Origin: an uncultured Bacilli bacterium
GTDB lineage: Bacteria; Bacillota_I; Bacilli_A; RF39; UBA660
Length of the DNA: 64,000 nucleotides
NCBI GenBank assembly: GCA_944329355.1
Contig: CALVID010000004.1
Span: forward strand, 365 to 64,364
Direction: 5' to 3'
Shown here: in pieces, positions 25,758-35,549 of the stretch
Layout of the letters: every line of letters starts with the position of its first letter
How positions within the stretch are numbered: the stretch's first letter is position 1
Notes under the pieces: model-generated
Told to the model about the DNA's origin: nothing
What the model saw: the letters and a program-made list of their open reading frames with translations, nothing else
The model's database searches: none
Program-made: the position numbers and the translations under genes

Positions 25758-26379
25758 TATAATACTAAATTTTCAAAAAGAATACTATGATTTTTACGAA
25801 TGGAATAATAATGATCATATTTATCACATGAGAAAAATACCAATTATTAAAGTCAATAACAAACAACTTTTGGATATTAAAAATAGCATAATTAAATTTA
25901 AAATCGATACTCTTAAATTTTTAAATGTAAAAGCAGAACAATTTAAAAATAATGATATAGCTAAATTAAAATACACCTTTATCGTTGGAAACAATAGTGC
26001 CGCTATTGCTATAAAATTAAATAATGCAGGTATAGTTCAATTAAAAAGTTCACTATTATTAGACGAACAAGAAGATGCTATTGAAATATTAAGACTCAAA
26101 AAAGAAATAAAACTAAATTACCAAATAATAAAAAAAAGAAAACCAAACCATTTTAAAACAAGATTCGAAAAAGAAAACGAAAACTTTATTTATAATGAAT
26201 TAGAACATATTTTCAAACACAAAAACTTTCAAAAACTAAATTATTTATACTTAGAATGTTTCAACAAACCAGCCGATAGTCCAGAAAACGCCTATACTAA
26301 AATAAAAGAAGAAATAAAAAAAAGAAATAAAAATTTTCAAAAATTATATAAGATTTTTAAAATGACCAAACAAAAATAA
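25741..26379 (+). CDS. Hypothetical cytoplasmic protein
   Basis: Start set at the ATG at 25741 (RBS AGGAGG 8 nt upstream). 212 aa, Lys-rich, no recognised motif. Confidence 0.5.
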   Translation: MNYIYDIILNFQKEYYDFYEWNNNDHIYHMRKIPIIKVNNKQLLDIKNSIIKFKIDTLKFLNVKAEQFKNNDIAKLKYTFIVGNNSAAIAIKLNNAGIVQLKSSLLLDEQEDAIEILRLKKEIKLNYQIIKKRKPNHFKTRFEKENENFIYNELEHIFKHKNFQKLNYLYLECFNKPADSPENAYTKIKEEIKKRNKNFQKLYKIFKMTKQK

Positions 26380-26388
26380 TAGGACAAA

Positions 26389-26961
26389 TTATCCTATTAT
26401 TTTATTAAGAAATGGCAAAGCAATTATAAATGCTAATACAATTACAAACAAAATAATCAAAAACTTTTTAGTGGCTTTTTTATCTTTTATTAATTCAGCA
26501 GAATCTTCATCTTCTTCTTTTTTTTCTGAAACTACAGGTTCTACTGGTGGCACATTTGATACCAAAGGTATAGAATCATTATTTACTGAAGTATTATTAT
26601 CAGAATTTCCCATATTATCTTGTGGTACTGTAGTATTCACAGGTTCATTAGAAACTCCATTATTCTCTTCAGTTAAAACTTGAGCTTCTGATGCTACAGC
26701 CTCTGCACCATTTACATTCATAGGAGTATCTTCTTTAGACTCCAAAGAAACATTATCAGTAGGCATTGATACAACTGGCGTTTCTACCGGCTCTGAGGCA
26801 CTATTTTCATTTGGTAAAACTTGAGCTTCAGGCACTACATTTTCAACAGAAGTCTCCTGTTTATCATCATTTGCCACTTGGTTTGCAAAATCAAAACTAT
26901 AATTCATATCATTTGAAACTTGTGTATTATCATTATTTACCGTATTTTTATTTTCATCCAT
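26389..26961 (-). CDS. Acidic low-complexity protein with a C-terminal TM anchor
   Basis: 190 aa. It has the repeat 'EAQVLPNENSASEPVETPVV' / 'EAQVLTEENNGVSNEPVNTTV' and the C-terminal 'FLIILFVIVLAFIIALPFL'. Confidence 0.5.
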   Translation of the reverse strand: MDENKNTVNNDNTQVSNDMNYSFDFANQVANDDKQETSVENVVPEAQVLPNENSASEPVETPVVSMPTDNVSLESKEDTPMNVNGAEAVASEAQVLTEENNGVSNEPVNTTVPQDNMGNSDNNTSVNNDSIPLVSNVPPVEPVVSEKKEEDEDSAELIKDKKATKKFLIILFVIVLAFIIALPFLNKIIG

Positions 26962-27011
26962 AAACTAATCCCTCCATATTCTACAACAATTATATCTAAA
27001 ATACCTTCAAA

Positions 27012-27051
27012 AGTCAAAATAAAACTGATAAGTTTTTTACATATCAGTTTT
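27012..27051 (-). terminator. recA terminator
   Basis: 10-bp stem AAAACTGATA/TATCAGTTTT overlapping the recA stop, followed on the minus strand by ATTTTG. Confidence 0.6.
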
Positions 27052-28048
27052 ATTTCATATTATAATGTTCACGAACTTTTTTATTTATCTCATCTTCTAG
27101 TTCTGGATGAGCTTTCAAATAATCCTTAGTATTTTCCTTTCCTTGACCAATTTTTTCTCCATTATAAGAATACCAAGCACCTGACTTTTGAATAATGTCA
27201 GCTTGAGAAGCTAAATCAATAAGTTCTCCTTCATGTGAAATTCCAGTACCATACATAATATCCACTTCACAAGTTTTAAAAGGAGGAGCCATCTTGTTTT
27301 TAACTACTTTAACCTTAACTTTATTACCAACAATATCAGCACCTTGCTTAATTTGTTCACTCTTTCTTATATCCAGTCTAATTGACGAATAAAATTTCAA
27401 AGCTCTTCCACCAGGTGTTACCTCTGGATTACCATAAACCACTCCAACTTTTTCCCTTAACTGATTAATAAAGATTGCAATAGTATTTGTCTTATTAATT
27501 ACACCAGCTAATTTTCTCAAAGCTTTACTCATAAGCCTAGCCTGCAAACCAACCTGTGAGTCTCCCATCTCTCCTTCAATTTCAGCTTTAGGTACTAAAG
27601 CTGCAACTGAATCAATAACGATAACACTAATCGCCCCACTTCGAACCAATGCCTCAGTAATTTCTAATGCTTGTTCACCATTATCCGGTTGTGAAAGTAA
27701 TAATTCATTTATATCCACCCCTAATCGAGCAGCATATTGTGGATCTAATGAATTTTCAGCATCAATAAAAGCTACTTTTCCACCAGCTTTTTGAGCTTCA
27801 GCAATCGCATGTAAAGCAAAAGTTGTTTTACCACTAGATTCAGGACCAAAAATTTCAATTATTCTTCCTTTAGGATAACCCCCAATGCCTAAAGCTACAT
27901 CTAAAGCTATACTACCACTGGAAATAACATCTATTTCCCTACGATCATTATCTCCCAAACGCATTAAAGAACCTTTTCCAAATTGTTTTTCAATATCAGC
28001 TAAAACTTGTTTTAAGTTTTGATCAACTTCATTAGTTGTTTTTGCCAT
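27050..28048 (-). CDS. recA: Recombinase RecA
   Basis: '[13 protein letters not shown]', '[17 protein letters not shown]' and '[28 protein letters not shown]'. Confidence 0.97.
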   Translation of the reverse strand: MAKTTNEVDQNLKQVLADIEKQFGKGSLMRLGDNDRREIDVISSGSIALDVALGIGGYPKGRIIEIFGPESSGKTTFALHAIAEAQKAGGKVAFIDAENSLDPQYAARLGVDINELLLSQPDNGEQALEITEALVRSGAISVIVIDSVAALVPKAEIEGEMGDSQVGLQARLMSKALRKLAGVINKTNTIAIFINQLREKVGVVYGNPEVTPGGRALKFYSSIRLDIRKSEQIKQGADIVGNKVKVKVVKNKMAPPFKTCEVDIMYGTGISHEGELIDLASQADIIQKSGAWYSYNGEKIGQGKENTKDYLKAHPELEDEINKKVREHYNMK

Positions 28049-28154
28049 TATTTTTCCTCCTTCGCTCCTACAATCACATTTTATAATATCTAAAATAAAA
28101 AGTCAACACTTTTGCGAACGTTTGTTCAAAAAAATAAAATTTAAAAAGGAAGTC

Positions 28155-28754
28155 TTACATTCCTTCCTCAAATATATACTTTTTATTCATTGTAAAATAC
28201 TGAATTCCTGAAATAATAGAAAGCACTGCTGCCACAATAAGTAAGAAATCAGAAATATGAATATTCCATAGTTCAAATGGTAAATTATAAAACAAAGTAA
28301 GTACAATACCAATCATCAAAGAAGCAGTTTTAAACTTACCAGTTTTTATCGCAGCCACAACATTACCTTTAGATCCAGCTACCATTTTAATAGAATCAAC
28401 AATTGTATCTCTTACTATAATAACTACTGGAATAATTGGGTGAATAAATCCTTGTGCACATAATATGATAAGTACAGAATTAACTAAAATTTTATCAGCA
28501 ATAGCATCCATCATTTTACCAAAATCAGTAACTAAATTACGTGAACGAGCAATATATCCATCTATAAAATCAGTAAGTGAAGCCAAAATGAATAAAACAC
28601 CAGCTATAGGATAACGAATATCCACACTTAACAATTCATTGATAAAAAGCGGTGGCATATCAATACCCATTGCTGAAAATGGAAATAACAAAATCAATAT
28701 AATTAAAAAAGTCATAATAATTCTAACCATTGTTAATTTATTTGGTAAATTCAT
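28155..28754 (-). CDS. pgsA: CDP-diacylglycerol--glycerol-3-phosphate 3-phosphatidyltransferase
   Basis: CDP-alcohol phosphatidyltransferase motif 'DFIDGYIARSRNLVTDFGKMMDAIADK'. The start was moved to the ATG at 28754. Confidence 0.8.
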   Translation of the reverse strand: MNLPNKLTMVRIIMTFLIILILLFPFSAMGIDMPPLFINELLSVDIRYPIAGVLFILASLTDFIDGYIARSRNLVTDFGKMMDAIADKILVNSVLIILCAQGFIHPIIPVVIIVRDTIVDSIKMVAGSKGNVVAAIKTGKFKTASLMIGIVLTLFYNLPFELWNIHISDFLLIVAAVLSIISGIQYFTMNKKYIFEEGM

Positions 28755-28761
28755 AAATTCA

Positions 28762-29232
28762 CTACCTACTTTCTGTAATAATTGTTCCTTCAACAAAATC
28801 ATCATTTTTTTCATGATCTAAACTAATAATCAAATAAATAATCATTGCAATTAATAAAGCAATAATAACATAAATACCAAACATAATAATAGAAATTCTA
28901 TTTTTTCTTTCAATTGTATAAGGAGACTTAATCCGTCTATTTTCTTTTTTACTTTTTTTTGCTGCTTTAATATCGTCTAAAGAAAGTCTTGAAGTATAAT
29001 CAAATAAATATTCATTAAATTCATCAATCAAATCTTCTTTATCCAATCCTAAATATTTAGCATAATCTCTAATAAAATATTTTAAATAAAACATATCTTT
29101 AAAAGCTTCTGTATTACCAGATTCGATATTTTCAATTTGAGTTGGCCTTAATTTTAAATCTTCAGCCACTTCTTCAATTGAAACACCTATGCTTTCTCGG
29201 GCTTCTTTTAATTTTTCGCCAATCTCTTTCAT
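28762..29232 (-). CDS. RodZ-like XRE-HTH membrane protein
   Basis: N-terminal HTH 'IGEKLKEARESIGVSIEEVAEDLKLRPTQIENIESG' followed by a single TM. Confidence 0.6.
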   Translation of the reverse strand: MKEIGEKLKEARESIGVSIEEVAEDLKLRPTQIENIESGNTEAFKDMFYLKYFIRDYAKYLGLDKEDLIDEFNEYLFDYTSRLSLDDIKAAKKSKKENRRIKSPYTIERKNRISIIMFGIYVIIALLIAMIIYLIISLDHEKNDDFVEGTIITESR

Positions 29233-29252
29233 TATAATCCTTCCTTAATATA

Positions 29253-29612
29253 CAAAATAATATTTTATAAGCCATGTTCTGTACCTATTTTTAGGTGGCA
29301 AACATTTATCTATTGCTAAAGCAATCCCATAAAAAATTCTTATTCTCTTTTATTAGGTTCCCCTACCAAAATTTGGGTTTCTTACTTGTGGGGTTTACCA
29401 CGTTTCACTCTTTTATTTCTAAAAGTATCGTCTCTGTGGCACTTTATAAAGCTTCACCATATCTAAAAGACTTAGGTTACACCTTGCCGTTAGTTAAAAC
29501 ACTACCATAGGTTATTTATTCCCTATGCACAAACACTACAGTCATCACAGACTGTGTAAGCATGGACTTTCCTCTACATTATAATAAATGCAGCGTTTGC
29601 CAAAATATTATT
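29253..29612 (-). ncRNA. rnpB: RNase P RNA, type B (Bacillus-like)
   Basis: The reverse complement contains GAGGAAAGTCCATGCT (CR-I), CAAATTTTGGTAGGGGAACC, GGTAAACCCCAC and ACAGAACATGGCTTA (CR-V). P1 pairs AATAATATTT with AAATATTATT. It is adjacent to gpsB, as in Bacillus subtilis. Confidence 0.9.
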
Positions 29613-29943
29613 TACTAACTTCACCATAAATTATTTTTTCTAAATTAGAAAGACGCCTTAACAAATCTGCATTAGAAACCTCGGTTGGAGTTGCATTTCT
29701 TAAAACATCTAATTTTGTTCTTGCATTACGCACTTCTTGTTTTAATCTAATATTTTCATCAATCAAATCTTTCTTTTCTCTTTCAAGTTCTTTAATCATA
29801 GAAATCATTTCATCATAATCACTTATTACTTCATCTAAGAATTTATCTACCTCTTGGGGTCTATAACCTCTTGTATCAATCTTAAACTCTTTTTCCAAAA
29901 TATCTTTTGGTGTAAGTAATAATCTTTCTTGAAGCACGGCCAT
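29608..29943 (-). CDS. gpsB: DivIVA-domain cell-cycle protein GpsB
   Basis: 'LTPKDILEKEFKIDTRGYRPQEVDKFLDEVISDYDEM'. The start was moved to the ATG at 29943, after AAGGAGG. Confidence 0.75.
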   Translation of the reverse strand: MAVLQERLLLTPKDILEKEFKIDTRGYRPQEVDKFLDEVISDYDEMISMIKELEREKKDLIDENIRLKQEVRNARTKLDVLRNATPTEVSNADLLRRLSNLEKIIYGEVSK

Positions 29944-30096
29944 CCCCTCCTTAAACACTATCATTTTCTCAAAAAAAAGACTATTTGTCAATGACCATGA
30001 TCCCAGTACAAAAAACATTTATTTTTATCTTTTCATAACCTGTTTTAAAACTCTAATAGCAAAATTAAACTATTATAAATTCCACATATTAAAAGG

Positions 30097-31845
30097 CTAC
30101 TCTAAAATAGCCTTTATTCTTCTAACCCCTGCACTACTAGATTCCTCTTTCTTAATCTTAAAATGACCTAGTTCACCAGTATGACTAACATGTGGTCCCC
30201 CACATAATTCCATAGAAACATCACCAATCTTATAAACTGTAACAACATCAGGATATCTATCAATAAACGTACATTCCGCACCAGATTTAATAGCTTCATC
30301 CTTACTCATTTCTAATTTTTCGACAGTTAAATCTTCCTTAATCCATTCATTAACCAAATCTTCAGTCATTTGTTTTTCTTCATCTGTCATTTTATGATCA
30401 CAAGGAAAATCAAATCTTAATCTTTCAGGAGTTATATTACTACCTAATTGATGAACACTTGAACCAATAACCTTCTTCAAAGCTGCATTAAGTAAATGTG
30501 TAGCAGTATGGTATTTAGTTTCTAACTCACTATTTCCAGAAAGTCCACCTTTAAATTTACCTTTAGAAGCTGTTCTAGATTTATCTTGATGCTCTTTAAA
30601 CTTTTCATAGAAACCATCAACATCAACTTTCATACCTCTATCTTCAGCCTCTTCTAAAGTTAATTCAATTGGAAAACCATAAGTATCGTATAATCTAAAA
30701 GCTATTGTTTTATCAATCATAGAAGTATCTGTCTTCACCAACTTTTCAAATTCTCTCAAACCTTTTTCTAAAGTTCTACTAAACTTTTTCTTTTCATTAC
30801 TTAAAACATCTAAAACAACATCTTTATTATCTTTAAGTTCACTATAATACTTTTCATATTTCCTAATAATTAACAAAGCAATTTCCAAATCAAAATCACT
30901 ATTAATATCAATACCCAGTTTCCTAGCTTGTCTAATATATCTTCTTATAAGTCTTCTTAAAATATAACCTTGATCAGTATTACTTGGCTTAATACCCGCT
31001 GGATCTGCTGCAATAAATACTGAAGTTCTAATATGATCTACAATAATTCTCATTGCTTTCTCATTACCTTCATAAGATAAACCAGTAATATCTTCTAACT
31101 TATTAATAACATCAGACCAAATAGAACTCTTATAATTATCATCAACACCCTCTAAAACAGCCACAATACGTTCTAACCCCATTCCGGTATCGACATTCTT
31201 CTGCTTAAGTTCAGTGATATTTCCATTTTCATCTTTATAAAATTCCATAAACACATTATTCCAAATTTCAACCCATCTATCATCTTCTGGATCAAACTTT
31301 TGAGGTATTTCGTCATCACTTCTAAAATAAAATATCTCAGTATCAGAACCACACGGGCCACTATCTCCAGCAATCCAAAAATTATCTTCTTTACCCAAAT
31401 AAGCTATTCTATCTTCGGCAATTCCAAGCTCTTTCCATCTATCAGCTGAAACATCATCCCTAGGTATCTTATCATCACCTTTAAAAACAGTAATAGCTAA
31501 CTTTTCCACAGGAATATTCAAAACTTTAGTTAAAAATTCAAAACTATAACCAATAGACTCTTTTTTAAAATAATCGCCCAAACTCCAATTCCCAAGCATT
31601 TCAAAAAAAGTATGATGTGTTTTATCGCCAATTTCATCTAAATCAGTAAGTCTCACACACTTTTGATAATCGCAAAGCCTTTTGCCATAAGGATGCTCTT
31701 CACCTAACAAATAAGGAACTAATGGCTGCATACCAGCCGTATTAAATAATACTGTAGGATCATTTTCCGGTACAATAGGACTACTTGGAATTTGTCTATG
31801 CCCATTTTTCTCAAAATAATTTATAAATTCTTCTCTAATATTCAT
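30097..31845 (-). CDS. alaS: Alanine--tRNA ligase, unusually short form (582 aa)
   Basis: 'FNTAGMQPLVPYLLG', 'FEMLGNWSLGDYFK' and 'DTGMGLERIVAVLEG' mark the catalytic core. The editing motifs 'HTATHLL' and 'CGGPHV' are present. The ORF ends about 30 aa after the latter. Confidence 0.85.
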   Translation of the reverse strand: MNIREEFINYFEKNGHRQIPSSPIVPENDPTVLFNTAGMQPLVPYLLGEEHPYGKRLCDYQKCVRLTDLDEIGDKTHHTFFEMLGNWSLGDYFKKESIGYSFEFLTKVLNIPVEKLAITVFKGDDKIPRDDVSADRWKELGIAEDRIAYLGKEDNFWIAGDSGPCGSDTEIFYFRSDDEIPQKFDPEDDRWVEIWNNVFMEFYKDENGNITELKQKNVDTGMGLERIVAVLEGVDDNYKSSIWSDVINKLEDITGLSYEGNEKAMRIIVDHIRTSVFIAADPAGIKPSNTDQGYILRRLIRRYIRQARKLGIDINSDFDLEIALLIIRKYEKYYSELKDNKDVVLDVLSNEKKKFSRTLEKGLREFEKLVKTDTSMIDKTIAFRLYDTYGFPIELTLEEAEDRGMKVDVDGFYEKFKEHQDKSRTASKGKFKGGLSGNSELETKYHTATHLLNAALKKVIGSSVHQLGSNITPERLRFDFPCDHKMTDEEKQMTEDLVNEWIKEDLTVEKLEMSKDEAIKSGAECTFIDRYPDVVTVYKIGDVSMELCGGPHVSHTGELGHFKIKKEESSSAGVRRIKAILE

Positions 31846-32377
31846 GTTCTACCTTCCTCACTACTTCTAAAACTTTACCTTTTAAATCATCTAAAGTTCC
31901 GTCGTTATGAATCACATAATCGTAACTATTATACTCATCTAATGCTACCTCAGTCAAATGTTTTTGTTCTTTTTCTGACAAAACACTATCATAACCATCT
32001 CTAATCACTCTAATATTAATAACATCATCAAAATACTTTTTCGGCCATTCCATCTCATTTGGAAATCTCGCATCTGAAATAGTGATAATATCAAAGTAAT
32101 AACTATAAACCCTAATATCTTCACATATTCTTCTAACAAAAAAATCATTATCTATTTTTTTTCGAATAATATCTGTCCCAAGCTCTTGTAATAACTCTCT
32201 CGGTTTTGTCTCTTCTGCACCATCCCAATTACTAATCCTTTTTGCATATTCTTTAATGTAACTTCCATAAGCTAAATTAATAACTTTTAAACCTTTACCT
32301 TCATAAATTTCTTTTATATCTAAAGCCACTGTATCCTTACCATGTCTAGCTTTTCCAGAAATAACATATATCTTCAT
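31835..32377 (-). CDS. P-loop kinase, dNMP-kinase-like
   Basis: 'MKIYVISGKARHGKDT' is a Walker A motif. The start was moved to 32377 (RBS AAGGGGAG). The 3' end overlaps the alaS start by 11 nt. Confidence 0.4.
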   Translation of the reverse strand: MKIYVISGKARHGKDTVALDIKEIYEGKGLKVINLAYGSYIKEYAKRISNWDGAEETKPRELLQELGTDIIRKKIDNDFFVRRICEDIRVYSYYFDIITISDARFPNEMEWPKKYFDDVINIRVIRDGYDSVLSEKEQKHLTEVALDEYNSYDYVIHNDGTLDDLKGKVLEVVRKVEHEY

Positions 32378-32402
32378 AAAATCTCCCCTTATAGAAAAAC
32401 CA

Positions 32403-33569
32403 CTAAACTGTGGTTTCTTTTTTTTCATCTTTTTCTATAATACCATATTTTTCATCATAAAACTTAAACACTGTTTTTAGTGCTGCAATAACCGGTGTAG
32501 AAATAAGCATTCCAACAATTCCAAAGAAATAACCAAATACAAGTAAACCAAGCATAATAGTTACAGGATGTAACTTAGTGGTTTTAGACATAATAATCGG
32601 TTGTAAAAAATTACCTTCTAAAAATTGAATAACAAAAATAGCAACTAAAACTAAAATACCAACAGTTGGACTCTGAGTTAATCCAACAATCACCGCTGGA
32701 GCACCTCCAATATAAGGTCCTGCATAAGGAATAATATTTGTAAGTCCACAAAACAAACCAAAAAGCATAGGAGCTTTAAGTCCAATAAGCCAAAAAGCAA
32801 CAGATGAAATCACAAATATAAGTGTACAATCTAAAATTGCCCCTTTAACATAACTTCTAAGTGATACATTAACTTCATCTAACAGTGCGACTGTAGTATT
32901 TCTAAATTTCCTAGGAATAAATGTAAACAAATTAGAACTATTATCAAAATTAACAAGCAAGAAAAATCCTATAATAAGACCTATCACAAAGACACCAATA
33001 CCAGAAAATAATCCAGAAATAAATCCTATAATATTTTGTGGCATAGTTGTTGTAATATTAGTAGCAAAATCTTCAAGTGAAGTAAGTGCTTCATGTTTCA
33101 TTTTTTCAAAATCAATCAAATTAGAATTTTCTAAATTATTAAATAAATCCAAACTCCAAACTTTAACTGTATCAAACACATCAGGAATAATACGGGCAAA
33201 CTCACGAACCTGATCAATCAAAAGGGGTATTAATGTAACTAAAACTAGAAAAATAACTAAAAATATAAACAAATAAGTAATAACAGCCCCTAAAGTCCTT
33301 CTAATCTTTTTATCCTCAAGCCATTTGATAAATGGATCAAAAAGCCAAGCTATTAAAATACCTATAAAAAGAGGTAAACAAATCTCTAATATCTTAAGTA
33401 TAAAATCCAATATTTTAGTTTCTTTAAATAACCTAATTATAACATAAGCGATTGCTGTTATAAGTAAAAGATATAAAACTCTCAAAACTTTGGAAGCTAA
33501 ATCAGTAACCTCATTTACTTTTTTAACATCCAAATCTTTACTAACCTTTCGTCCAAACATCTCTTTCAC
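32403..33569 (-). CDS. AI-2E family transporter (PerM/UPF0118)
   Basis: 388 aa with about 8 TMs. 'NIIPYAGPYIGGAPAVIVGL' is typical of the family. Confidence 0.7.
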   Translation of the reverse strand: MKEMFGRKVSKDLDVKKVNEVTDLASKVLRVLYLLLITAIAYVIIRLFKETKILDFILKILEICLPLFIGILIAWLFDPFIKWLEDKKIRRTLGAVITYLFIFLVIFLVLVTLIPLLIDQVREFARIIPDVFDTVKVWSLDLFNNLENSNLIDFEKMKHEALTSLEDFATNITTTMPQNIIGFISGLFSGIGVFVIGLIIGFFLLVNFDNSSNLFTFIPRKFRNTTVALLDEVNVSLRSYVKGAILDCTLIFVISSVAFWLIGLKAPMLFGLFCGLTNIIPYAGPYIGGAPAVIVGLTQSPTVGILVLVAIFVIQFLEGNFLQPIIMSKTTKLHPVTIMLGLLVFGYFFGIVGMLISTPVIAALKTVFKFYDEKYGIIEKDEKKETTV

Positions 33570-34124
33570 CTAAACAGTTAATAATTCTTTTTCTTTTTCT
33601 TTTTCTTTCTCATCAATTACTTTATTATATTTATTGATCAAAGTTTGCACTTCATCCATTAAATTATCTTTTTCATCATCAGTTAAATCTTCATTTTTCT
33701 TAATATCATTATTACTATCCTGTCTAATATTTCTTAAATTAATTTTGCCTTCTTCAGCAATCTGCTTAACTTGTTTAACATACTCTTTTCTTGTCTCTTC
33801 AGTTAAAGCAGGAATATTTAAAATAATGCACTCTCCATTATTATTAGGAGTAAGTCCAATATTAGCCTCATAAATACCTTTTTCAATATCGTTTAAACAA
33901 GACCTATCAAAAGGTTTAATCATAAGTTGTCTTGCCTCAGGAATTGAAATAGTCGCTAAAGATTTTAAAGGTGTAGCTGTTCCATAATAATTAACCGTAA
34001 CGCCATCTAATATGGCTGGATTAGCTCTTCCTGCCCTAACGTTTGTGAAACGTTTCTCCATTGTTTCAATTGCTTTTTTCATCTTACTTTCTGTTTCATT
34101 TAAAACATCATTCATCAATATCAC
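33570..34124 (-). CDS. frr: Ribosome recycling factor
   Basis: 'RFTNVRAGRANPAILDGVTVNYYGTATPLKSLATISIPEARQLMIKPFD'. Confidence 0.93.
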   Translation of the reverse strand: MILMNDVLNETESKMKKAIETMEKRFTNVRAGRANPAILDGVTVNYYGTATPLKSLATISIPEARQLMIKPFDRSCLNDIEKGIYEANIGLTPNNNGECIILNIPALTEETRKEYVKQVKQIAEEGKINLRNIRQDSNNDIKKNEDLTDDEKDNLMDEVQTLINKYNKVIDEKEKEKEKELLTV

Positions 34125-34248
34125 TCTCCAAAATAATTATAATATATTTACCCTTTATTAGCAAGCAAACTAACTAAAGTTCCCTATTATAATTATATGA
34201 TTTGTCGTAAACGATTTTATCAAATTTTATTTTGTTTTAATTAACATC

Positions 34249-35451
34249 TTAATCTATTTCATTTTCAAGTAACCAATCAATCATATTCACATGTTTAATT
34301 CCATTTCTTGAAAAATCTTCTTTGTCAAGCGATACTACATATTTTGAAAAATCATCATTTATATTTTTATAAGCTCCAAATTCTCTTTCTATAACCTTTT
34401 CACTATCAAGCTTATATACAACTTGAACATATATCTGTTTTTCATATTTTTTTGCAATAAAATCAATTTCACCATTTCTAGTTTTTCCAATATAAACATC
34501 ATAACCTCTTACAATCAAATCATTATAAATAACATTTTCCAAAGCAAAACTTTTATTAATTTCAAAATTGTTATTTTTAATCTGTGAAATTCCCAAATCA
34601 GTCATATAATATTTATTTAACGTTTTTAAAATAGCCTTTCCATGAATATCATAACGGTAAACTTTCTTAATAATAAGTGCCTTACAAAGTGCATCTATAT
34701 AATTATAAAGAGTTTCACTAGATACCTCTCTACCTTCATTTTTTAAAAAAACCATAATATTTTTAAATGAAAACTCTCTTCCTGTTGTATCCACAATATA
34801 TTGTAAAATCAAATTAAATAATGAAACATCTTTAAGTCCCAACCTATCAACTACATCCCTTAAAATAATTGAATCAAAAACACTATATAAATAATTTTTA
34901 ATATTATCCTCATTATCAAAATCAGTTACATTAGGAAGGCCTCCCCATTTAACATAATCCCAAAAAGTATTCTCATCTTGACCATCTTTTAAGGTAAGAT
35001 CTGCATACTCTCTATAACTAAGTGGATTTATTAAAAAAGACACATATCTTCCTGAAAGAACTGTAGAAAGTTCATCTGAAAGTAATTTACTATTAGAGCC
35101 CGTAATAAATATACTTATATTTTCAAGTGAAGCCCTAAGTGAATTAATAACCTTTTCAAAATTTTCTACATTTTGAATTTCATCAAAAAAAACATAATAC
35201 ATATTTTTGTCTACAATTTTATCTTTTATGTATTTATTTAATGTTTTATAATCTTGTAAATCTTCATACTCAATATATTCAAAATTAACATATATAATAT
35301 GATCATCCCTAACCCCTTTTTCATGAAGTTCATCAATTATCTGCCTCAAAATAACAGACTTACCACACCTTCTAATACCAACCAAAATTTTAACCAAATT
35401 GCTATCATAAAAACCTCTTATTTTAGATAAATAAATTTCTCTTTTTAACAT
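34249..35451 (-). CDS. AAA-type ATPase with a DUF4143-like C-terminal region
   Basis: Walker A 'GIRRCGKS', Walker B 'YVFFDEIQ' and C-terminal 'GEIDFIAKK...VQVVYK'. Confidence 0.65.
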   Translation of the reverse strand: MLKREIYLSKIRGFYDSNLVKILVGIRRCGKSVILRQIIDELHEKGVRDDHIIYVNFEYIEYEDLQDYKTLNKYIKDKIVDKNMYYVFFDEIQNVENFEKVINSLRASLENISIFITGSNSKLLSDELSTVLSGRYVSFLINPLSYREYADLTLKDGQDENTFWDYVKWGGLPNVTDFDNEDNIKNYLYSVFDSIILRDVVDRLGLKDVSLFNLILQYIVDTTGREFSFKNIMVFLKNEGREVSSETLYNYIDALCKALIIKKVYRYDIHGKAILKTLNKYYMTDLGISQIKNNNFEINKSFALENVIYNDLIVRGYDVYIGKTRNGEIDFIAKKYEKQIYVQVVYKLDSEKVIEREFGAYKNINDDFSKYVVSLDKEDFSRNGIKHVNMIDWLLENEID

Positions 35452-35521
35452 TTTTCATCACCACTTTAATTATAAAATTATACACGGTAATTGTCAAGTT
35501 GTTTCGGCAAAACGAAATAAC

Positions 35522-35547
35522 TAAAAAGAAGTTAATCTAAATTAACT
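35522..35547 (-). terminator. Terminator of the ADH-FIST-ALDH operon
   Basis: AGTTAAT-ctaa-ATTAACT hairpin just after the ALDH stop, with a T-run on the minus strand. Confidence 0.5.
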
Positions 35548-35549
35548 CC

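Noticed and set aside
29295-29510. 71-aa plus-strand ORF in the ORF track
   Set aside because: It lies entirely inside the RNase P RNA gene on the opposite strand, whose conserved CR-I/CR-V and P1 pairing are clear. It has no RBS.
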